Part shown: positions 22,111 through 28,438 of the stretch, one piece after another
Numbering within the stretch: position 1 is the stretch's first letter
Layout of the letters: each line of letters starts with the position of its first letter
NCBI RefSeq assembly: GCF_011045215.1
Contig: NZ_CP049201.1
Strand: one strand, 5' to 3'
Length of the DNA stretch: 64,000 nt
DNA from: Escherichia coli
Lineage (GTDB): Bacteria; Pseudomonadota; Gammaproteobacteria; Enterobacterales; Enterobacteriaceae
The notes under the pieces: model-generated
What the model was told of the DNA's origin: nothing
The model's input: the letters and a program-made list of their open reading frames with translations, nothing else
Databases searched by the model: none
Made by a program: the position numbers and the translations under genes

Positions 22111-22299
22111 TTATTTTGCGTAGATTAAGGCAAATGCTCTTTTGGCTTTGCTTAGTTCGTATTCGCGTTTTTCTATGATTGCCATCAGTTCTTGTGCGGT
22201 GGCTGGCACGCCCGCTCTTATCAGCGCAATCTTAGTATCCATAGCGCACACTCTTTCACGCACCATATCGAAGATAATTTCCGCTCTATCGTGTTTCAT
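22111..22299 (-). CDS. Small hypothetical protein (62 aa)
   Basis: ORF with strong GAGGTGA RBS 5 nt upstream of ATG; 19 bp upstream of AlpA-like gene, likely co-transcribed. Confidence 0.5.
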   Translation of the reverse strand: MKHDRAEIIFDMVRERVCAMDTKIALIRAGVPATAQELMAIIEKREYELSKAKRAFALIYAK

Positions 22300-22648
22300 G
22301 ATTTCACCTCATATTTGTTGCTAAACCTTGTAAACCCTTGTTTGACTACAAAATACACCTGGTTAAGCGACTGATAAAATGATTTAGGTCAATTTATTGG
22401 TTGATGATTTATGTCTGATTGGATTTGTCTACAAATGGCAGGTTAGTCAACAAATGATGAAACCAGGGAATGGCGGTTATAATGTCAGCGGGGATTGTGA
22501 GAAAGGCCCGGGTAGGTTGCTAACTGCCTGGGCCTTTATTTTTGGCGCGTGTACGTGAAATCTGGAAAATTTGCAGGGTAGTTGTTGAGGGATTTTTCGC
22601 GTAGGAGCGTGAAGGGTCCGCCAGTCATCGCCCTGACGTAGCGGTGAA

Positions 22649-23050
22649 TTACTTGCGAGGCTCACCCATCGGCCAGGCACCTTCATTGCGACGATAACCA
22701 ATCCGGTACTCTTCCGGCAGCGGCAAGCCCTGCTCACGATATGGACGCAGATCGAAGCCAAAAACAGGATCGTCGTCGTAGGCGAGGAATAGCCCGGCAG
22801 GCTCTGCCACGCGTTCGATAATCAGTTCCCCATCTTCAACGAAGAAGATCAGATTATCGCGAAAGTCCGTTACCTCACTGACGTGATAACATTCGGCATG
22901 TGCGTCCAGCCAGGCTTCTCGGTATTCCTGAATCTCGGCTTCTGACCATGTTGAAACAGGACGCTCCCAAATTCCCAGGCTGGATTTGCCCTGGCGGGAG
23001 AATAATTTTGCCTCTTTGCTCTGCTCTGGTTTTCTGTTTAAAAAGCTCAT
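22649..23050 (-). CDS. Hypothetical protein (133 aa)
   Basis: ORF with AAGGAGAA RBS; no recognised domain. Confidence 0.55.
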   Translation of the reverse strand: MSFLNRKPEQSKEAKLFSRQGKSSLGIWERPVSTWSEAEIQEYREAWLDAHAECYHVSEVTDFRDNLIFFVEDGELIIERVAEPAGLFLAYDDDPVFGFDLRPYREQGLPLPEEYRIGYRRNEGAWPMGEPRK

Positions 23051-23186
23051 TATTCTTCTCCTTTGAACGGATTGTTCTTGCTCTCTAATAACTTAGCGCG
23101 ACCCAGTAACGTCCGGGCAAGCGCCTCCGCCTTCCTTAGCCTAAGCCCTGCGTCTTCTGCGTCCAGATCTACATTCCTGATAGCCT

Positions 23187-23450
23187 CTACAGCCTGCTCC
23201 GCTGCGTCCGGGCGTGAATCCACTTAAATATGCCGATATGCTCACGAAAGTCTGGATGCTCATATTGCCAGCGGCAGATTGTTCTGAAGCTCGGCATGTC
23301 AGGCATGTTGCCAATCTCTCTGAGACTATGGCCTTCAGCTACCAGCAAGCAGATTTCTTCAGCGATAGCGACCCCATACTTAGCGCTTTTTCTGCTTAAA
23401 CTTGTGACATCAACAGGTAAGTTATTGATTTCTTTATCATCACCCTTCAT
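23187..23450 (-). CDS. Small HTH protein resembling the DNA-binding domain of phage terminase small subunits (87 aa)
   Basis: Motif AEGHSLREIGNMPDMPSFRTICRWQYEHPDFRE resembles TerS-type HTH; GGGGGTAA RBS; family assignment is from memory and tentative. Confidence 0.4.
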   Translation of the reverse strand: MKGDDKEINNLPVDVTSLSRKSAKYGVAIAEEICLLVAEGHSLREIGNMPDMPSFRTICRWQYEHPDFREHIGIFKWIHARTQRSRL

Positions 23451-23525
23451 AATTACCCCCGAATTGATAGCGAATTGATAGCGAATTACCCCGAATTACC
23501 CCCGAATTACCCCCGAATCACCATC
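23451..23525. repeat. Tandem array of about 6.5 copies of an 11-bp unit (AATTACCCC(C)G x4 and AATTGATAGCG x2)
   Basis: Directly visible: aattaccccc g aattgatagc g aattgatagc g aattacccc g aattaccccc g aattaccccc g aatcaccatc, exactly filling the gap between the 93-aa gene stop and the 87-aa gene start. Confidence 0.85.
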
Positions 23526-23527
23526 AT

Positions 23528-23809
23528 TTAACCCTCGCCTACGTCTGCGTCGATGCTTGCTAACTGGCTGTGTAGATCGCGTTCAATCATTTTTACCTTT
23601 TTCACAAAATCCCTTTCCTCGGCGGTGGCGGGCGCGCCCTGGGCTATGTTTTTCGTGAGGTCGTGGAAAGTGCCGAAAACATAAAGGGAGAACAGCCTTA
23701 ATTGTTGCCGCTTCATTGGCAAATCACTGTTGCTATGTTTGATCTCAGCGACGCCTTTCGAAATAACACGGGCCATCCCATGACAAATTCTTAACGTAAG
23801 CGCAGACAT
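23528..23809 (-). CDS. Hypothetical protein (93 aa)
   Basis: ORF with GGGGAG RBS; no recognised domain. Confidence 0.5.
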   Translation of the reverse strand: MSALTLRICHGMARVISKGVAEIKHSNSDLPMKRQQLRLFSLYVFGTFHDLTKNIAQGAPATAEERDFVKKVKMIERDLHSQLASIDADVGEG

Positions 23810-23930
23810 GATATTTACTCCCCGACTGGTATAATGAACGTGGTTTTAAACGTTGCTATTTGCTAACCATTTAATCTGTTAACTCAATTTCGCATTGTTG
23901 GCCCGGCACGAACACCGGGCTTTTCTTTAC

Positions 23931-24272
23931 CTATTCGAAATAGCTTCCAATATCCGGTGTCCGGGTATCAGTTTTCCGGGTCGGCTCGAAGTACGATTCC
24001 AGATCCGGCGTTTTCGGCCCACGCTGGGCGTTGGCGGCGGGTTGCTTTTCTTCTGGCTGTTCCGGCTGTTTACTACCAAATCGGCGCTCCAGTTGGTCCA
24101 TCAGCACTACCATCATTTCCTGGACCAGCTTTTCATCGGCTTTATCAAGGTTCTCCAATACCATCGCCATCCCTTTGCGGAATTTAAGCTCAGCGTCGTC
24201 CGGTTCCGGTGCTGATTCGTTTGCTTTAACTGCCAGGGCGATCCGGCGTTTTGCTTCATCCAAAAAATTCAT
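23931..24272 (-). CDS. Hypothetical acidic protein ending in repeated SYFE motif (113 aa)
   Basis: ORF with GGGGGAA RBS overlapping stop of upstream gene; C-terminus ...DLESYFEPTRKTDTRTPDIGSYFE. Confidence 0.5.
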   Translation of the reverse strand: MNFLDEAKRRIALAVKANESAPEPDDAELKFRKGMAMVLENLDKADEKLVQEMMVVLMDQLERRFGSKQPEQPEEKQPAANAQRGPKTPDLESYFEPTRKTDTRTPDIGSYFE

Positions 24273-24277
24273 TTTGT

Positions 24278-24721
24278 TTATTCCCCCATGTGGAAATAGT
24301 CATCTAAGCGGCGATTAAACTCGTCGCTGCCATCGAAATATTCACGGATACTTTTATTGACCAGATCATCACCGTCGAAATACTGGCGCGTGAAATCGTC
24401 CAATTCCCCATCGAAGTATTGACGTGTGAAATCGTCTAATTCCCCTTCAAAATATTGACGCGCATCAGGCGCTCTGTTTGGCGCTGTAGCAATCTCAGAT
24501 TGATTGCCCTGTAACTTATCGACGTTTGCTAAATACACGCCCAGTGAGCTGTTTGTTCCCATTACCGCAAGCATTTTCCGGCGATCTGCCATGTTCGGCG
24601 CGAGCGATGATAATTGAGCTTTAATTTTGTCCACTTCCTGATTAACAATACGGTCAATCAGTGGTTGATTCGTGCGAATAATTTCCTGTGCCAACTGGCG
24701 AATATATTCTTTGCGTGTCAT
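24278..24721 (-). CDS. Hypothetical protein with C-terminal tandem RQYF(D/E)GELDDFT repeats (147 aa)
   Basis: ORF with GGAGAT RBS; encoded by about 3.5 tandem 36-bp DNA repeats near 24330-24465. Confidence 0.55.
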   Translation of the reverse strand: MTRKEYIRQLAQEIIRTNQPLIDRIVNQEVDKIKAQLSSLAPNMADRRKMLAVMGTNSSLGVYLANVDKLQGNQSEIATAPNRAPDARQYFEGELDDFTRQYFDGELDDFTRQYFDGDDLVNKSIREYFDGSDEFNRRLDDYFHMGE

Positions 24722-24739
24722 TTCTTATCTCCGTTCATC

Positions 24740-25123
24740 TCATTTCTGTAAAAAACCCATACCGTGGCCCAGGCGATTTGAAATTTTCCCGGCAAGCATC
24801 CGGCGAATATGTTTTTCGTTGATGATGTCGTGAGTGACCGGATCTTCACCTTTCATACATTCCGGCATCTGGTCAAACAATACGGAAGCGCCTTCATCAA
24901 TAATCTCAGTTAAGACTGCTGGCAGCATATTAATGATGCGTTCTGCTTCGTCGTTCATTGCTTTATCGAACGCTTTTTTATCCATTGCTTCGGCGGATGG
25001 TTTGTAATTGTCGCCAGTCAGGTTAAGGTAAGTGTTGTTTGGGTGATACATGGCATTCACTCCTTTTACTTTGATTGTTGCGATTTCTTTGTTTTTGTTA
25101 ATTGTGGTGCCTTTGACTTTCAT
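24740..25123 (-). CDS. Hypothetical protein (127 aa)
   Basis: ATG overlaps stop of HNH gene (ATGA), suggesting translational coupling; no recognised domain. Confidence 0.5.
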   Translation of the reverse strand: MKVKGTTINKNKEIATIKVKGVNAMYHPNNTYLNLTGDNYKPSAEAMDKKAFDKAMNDEAERIINMLPAVLTEIIDEGASVLFDQMPECMKGEDPVTHDIINEKHIRRMLAGKISNRLGHGMGFLQK

Positions 25124-25539
25124 GCTGCTTCTTCCTTCAATAATTGTGGCAATTTGCCTGTTAGTTCGATTTCTTCATTAATAGATGCAAGTAACTGTCT
25201 CAGTTTGCGATGTAATAGCTGGTGACGCTCTCTCGGCATTTTTACCAGGTTGCTTAAGCGGTTATTCTGCGGATCGTAGTCCCGGTGATGGATATCATAT
25301 TTTCGCTCATCGTAAACACCGTAGCACCATAACCAGGCAGCCTTTTCTATTGTCATGCAGGTACGTTTTCCGTTGCTTAAACAAATGGTTATACTCAGGT
25401 GACCGCGATGTTTTTCGTTTAAGCTGCCTTTAATTACCTGGCCTGTGCTGCGGTTGTGAAATAAACCAGTTTCAGGGTCGTAGTGATATTTCTGTCGTAA
25501 TATATCAACTGATAACCGTAGTCTTGTAAGATTGTCCAT
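25120..25539 (-). CDS. HNH homing-type endonuclease (139 aa)
   Basis: Motif YDIHHRDYDPQNNRLSNLVKMPRERHQ (HH...N...N...H) typical of phage HNH nucleases; GAGGTAG RBS. Confidence 0.7.
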   Translation of the reverse strand: MDNLTRLRLSVDILRQKYHYDPETGLFHNRSTGQVIKGSLNEKHRGHLSITICLSNGKRTCMTIEKAAWLWCYGVYDERKYDIHHRDYDPQNNRLSNLVKMPRERHQLLHRKLRQLLASINEEIELTGKLPQLLKEEAA

Positions 25540-25571
25540 GATGTTCTACCTCAATGTGATTGCTGTGTTAA

Positions 25572-25757
25572 TTATCTTTCTTCTTGTGGCCTATTCAGCC
25601 AGGCCTCGATCTCGCTACGCCAGAATAATAAACGACAATTTCGCGGCGTAAATGGTTGGGGTATTGTCTTATCTTTTAATAGCCATCTTCGAATCGTTCT
25701 TGTTGATACCCCCGCTATTAATGCGAAAGCTCGCAGATCTATAACTTCATCTCTCAT
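25572..25757 (-). CDS. AlpA-like HTH regulator (61 aa from ATG with GAGGT RBS)
   Basis: Sequence LIAGVSTRTIRRWLLKDKTIPQPF...WRSEIEAWL matches AlpA/Xis-type HTH pattern; track ORF start 25862 is a TTG extension. Confidence 0.55.
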   Translation of the reverse strand: MRDEVIDLRAFALIAGVSTRTIRRWLLKDKTIPQPFTPRNCRLLFWRSEIEAWLNRPQEER

Positions 25758-26537
25758 GTTCTTACCTCGATTAAAAAGGACCGCCCCCAGGGAAAGAAGA
25801 AAGAGGAAAGAGGAAAGAGGAAAAACTTCCTGGAGGCGGGTAATTCGGATTCCTTGAATCAATATCCCATGTGATACTTAATATTATAAAGGGCGGCGGG
25901 CTATGTCGCTATTTTTGCCATAGTGTGACACCATTAATTTATTAACAAAAAGTGCTATTTATTAAATCTTTTTTCGGCAGGTGCAAGAAAAATAATTGCG
26001 ACACGGTAGGGTAGCGGGCGATAATAATCATGTAAGGAGTAGCCACCTTACGCCTCCAAATGTGATCGATAAAAATAATAGTCTCAATTCTTTCTCCCGC
26101 TTCTCGGCGGTTTTTTTGCCTGCAATCACACATCAAAAAAACACATCGAATTGATATGCCTTTAAAACGCAATATAACGCATTTTGACGGCCTTAATTTT
26201 TGCCTATCCACTCGGAAGCGTAAGCCTGTTTTGATTCGTCTGGCGTGGAATGGTGCGGCGGTAATATCAGATCTCAGCGTTCTGTGTGGTGGGATGGAAT
26301 AGCCTGGCAGGATCTGCGTGTGATTTCATTCATCCAACCTTGGATGAATGGTCCGATCTGGTCAGTAGTCCGGCACAAATAAAAAGCGCCTGCGGGCGTA
26401 GCAGACGCTTTGTGTACAGGCTTATCAGTACGGGATGTGCACGAATGATTATACCACCCTCAGAAAAACGTTTGCTTTTGCACTTAAACGGATAAGTGGT
26501 ATTTCTTGGTCTTCATTGGTTTTAGCTCACCATAGGC

Positions 26538-26765
26538 TCATTTAGGTGCGCCCCTGTCGATAATTCGGTACATGTTCTCGGTATATCTCCCGTTAATCAC
26601 CGTTCTGGTAACAACAATCACACCGTTTTCCTCCAGAAAGGCAATGGCCCGCTTCACTCCCTGGCGGCTTACACCGGATAGCTGCGCCAGCCTGTCAATG
26701 GAGATGTTGTATTTGTCCGGCTGGCTTGTCAGGATCTGGAATACCGCTCGTGCTGTTTTCGTCAT
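26538..26765 (-). CDS. Small winged-helix DNA-binding protein (75 aa), candidate regulator
   Basis: Sequence ISIDRLAQLSGVSRQGVKRAIAFLEENGVIV has HTH character; divergent from the plus-strand cassette; RBS weak. Confidence 0.45.
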   Translation of the reverse strand: MTKTARAVFQILTSQPDKYNISIDRLAQLSGVSRQGVKRAIAFLEENGVIVVTRTVINGRYTENMYRIIDRGAPK

Positions 26766-27037
26766 GGCAAAAACTCATTGAAATTGGATACCCTTAGAAC
26801 GCTCTCAAACGCTCCGTAATGCGATGAGAATTTTACCTAAGCAAGTGTAGCTCTTTATTAGTTTTATGATGCCGTAGGCCGATAGAAGGTGCGCTCTCTG
26901 AAGTTTCATTGTCTATCAGTGGTGGGTAATGCTGCCTTTACTATTGGCGTCAAGAAAATCACTGGTGTAGATTGGGCGAATAGTTTACTATTCAAACAAG
27001 GCACAATGGCCTTAGCGGATTGATGTCAGGAGATACC

Positions 27038-27385
27038 ATGTCAAAAATAGTTACTTTGTTTGCGACTAAGCGAGAAGGGAAATCCCTTTCTGTGCGCACT
27101 CGTAAGCCAAAAGCTATGACTGGCTTGCGTAAAACAAATCGTCTGACGCATCTTGACGCGTTAGCGTATCGACTAGGATACCAGTTGGTGCGCGGTAAAA
27201 GTGTCATGTTTCGCTACACTGCTACTCTCGATCACGAAGAAAACAAAGTGATGAATGCGGCCTCGCCTATGGCTGTACCACGAGTAAAAAAAATGACGTT
27301 CACACAAGCGTGTGATTTATCAAAAGATTTATTCGATTCACGAGAAGAACGCTTAAAGAGTGTAAGCTTTGATGGTCCAGAATGA
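27038..27385 (+). CDS. Basic 115-aa protein, candidate partner (antitoxin or regulator) of downstream YafO-like gene
   Basis: ATG at 27038 preceded by AGGAGA RBS; stop overlaps start of next gene by 14 nt; basic N-terminus and acidic C-terminus; no recognised family. Confidence 0.5.
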   Translation: MSKIVTLFATKREGKSLSVRTRKPKAMTGLRKTNRLTHLDALAYRLGYQLVRGKSVMFRYTATLDHEENKVMNAASPMAVPRVKKMTFTQACDLSKDLFDSREERLKSVSFDGPE

Positions 27386-27887
27386 ATTTATTGGTAAGGT
27401 CTACAGTGATAACAAGTTTAAAACAAACGATGAATTAAAGAGCTTTAAGGATTCGTTTATTTATCATTGGAGATATGGACATCATCCTGATTTTGGAAAG
27501 GATACTCTTTTCCATAAACCCCCGTGTGTATATCCTATCCATTTACGTAAAGTCCATGTAAATATTGGTCTTTATACCAATCAGTACGGCTATAGCGGGA
27601 CAGAACAATGCTGGGATGACTGGTCTACTGGTCGTTATGGTCCCGGTGGTTTCGAAAAAGTTACCCCTACATCTGATGCTTATCTTATATACGCTGTATG
27701 TAAAAATAGAAATGCTGGCGTGTTAGACTTCTGGTTTCCTCCCGCACACAAAAACGCTGAGTTCGAATCCTCTGTACAGTTTGTGGCTGAGATGGCTGAT
27801 AAGTTTTATGAGTCTATCAAGGCGGACCCGATGCCGCGCGATCAGAATCCTTGGCATACGGGGTATATAGTTAAAAAACCAGCCTGA
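27372..27887 (+). CDS. YafO-family toxin-like protein (171 aa)
   Basis: Motifs F-I-Y-H-W-R-Y-G...PDFGKDTLF, YPIHLRKVHVN and SDAYLIYAV line up with recalled YafO motifs (FISYKRDG...PDIFGRDALY, ERVAHIHLAN, DEAHLVYCQG); similarity judged from memory, not computed. Confidence 0.45.
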   Translation: MVQNEFIGKVYSDNKFKTNDELKSFKDSFIYHWRYGHHPDFGKDTLFHKPPCVYPIHLRKVHVNIGLYTNQYGYSGTEQCWDDWSTGRYGPGGFEKVTPTSDAYLIYAVCKNRNAGVLDFWFPPAHKNAEFESSVQFVAEMADKFYESIKADPMPRDQNPWHTGYIVKKPA

Positions 27888-28438
27888 TCCACGCAATACT
27901 GATTGTTTTTGGCCTTGTATGGTGTGGTCTGATTTGAGGCAAAATTATTTAATCCCTTAAAAAACTAACTTCAAAAGACTAAAACCAGGGGGATGGTCCC
28001 TCTCGCTCCGCTCCAGGTACCATCCCTGTCGGGATGGGTTTATTGTAGAGTTAAAATTAATTACTCACATCGTCACACCTTGCGAAAGTTTTGCTCAATT
28101 ATCATTCAAACATAGCACAAAAAATATTCGATTTAGTTAGTGTGCACTGACTTTTTTATCAATTTACTTTCATTCGAAAGTCATGGGTTAAATATTAATC
28201 ATCTGGCTGTGGCACGCATGGATTCACCGAGGGTATTTTGGACCATTTGGTCAAAATTCATAAGTACATGATTTCATGGTGATTTATTTTTCTGTATCTT
28301 GCTTTCATTCGAAAGTGGAAACGAAGAATTGGCAATTTATTGATTCAGATCATTGACATTGCATATTTGTGGCGGTTGTCACGGTTGTTTTTTGAGCGCT
28401 TCAACCGTCGATATTGAGTATAAACCCGGCCTTATAGT

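Noticed and set aside
23451-23525. Tandem array considered as a CRISPR array
   Set aside because: Units are 11 bp with no intervening unique spacers and no cas genes in the window; not CRISPR.
23830-23928. Possible small RNA gene from a TATAAT hexamer at 23830-23835 to the hairpin at 23901-23928
   Set aside because: No acceptable -35 element at 16-19 bp spacing, and the region is the 5-prime leader and RBS of the minus-strand 93-aa gene; kept only as a hairpin observation.
25942-26211. 89-aa minus-strand ORF in the ORF-poor region of the element
   Set aside because: Low-complexity translation, no RBS, lies in AT-rich intergenic sequence; treated as non-coding.
26286-26495. 69-aa plus-strand ORF spanning the 24-bp palindrome
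   Set aside because: GTG start with no RBS and the sequence is dominated by the palindrome and a hairpin; more likely regulatory DNA.
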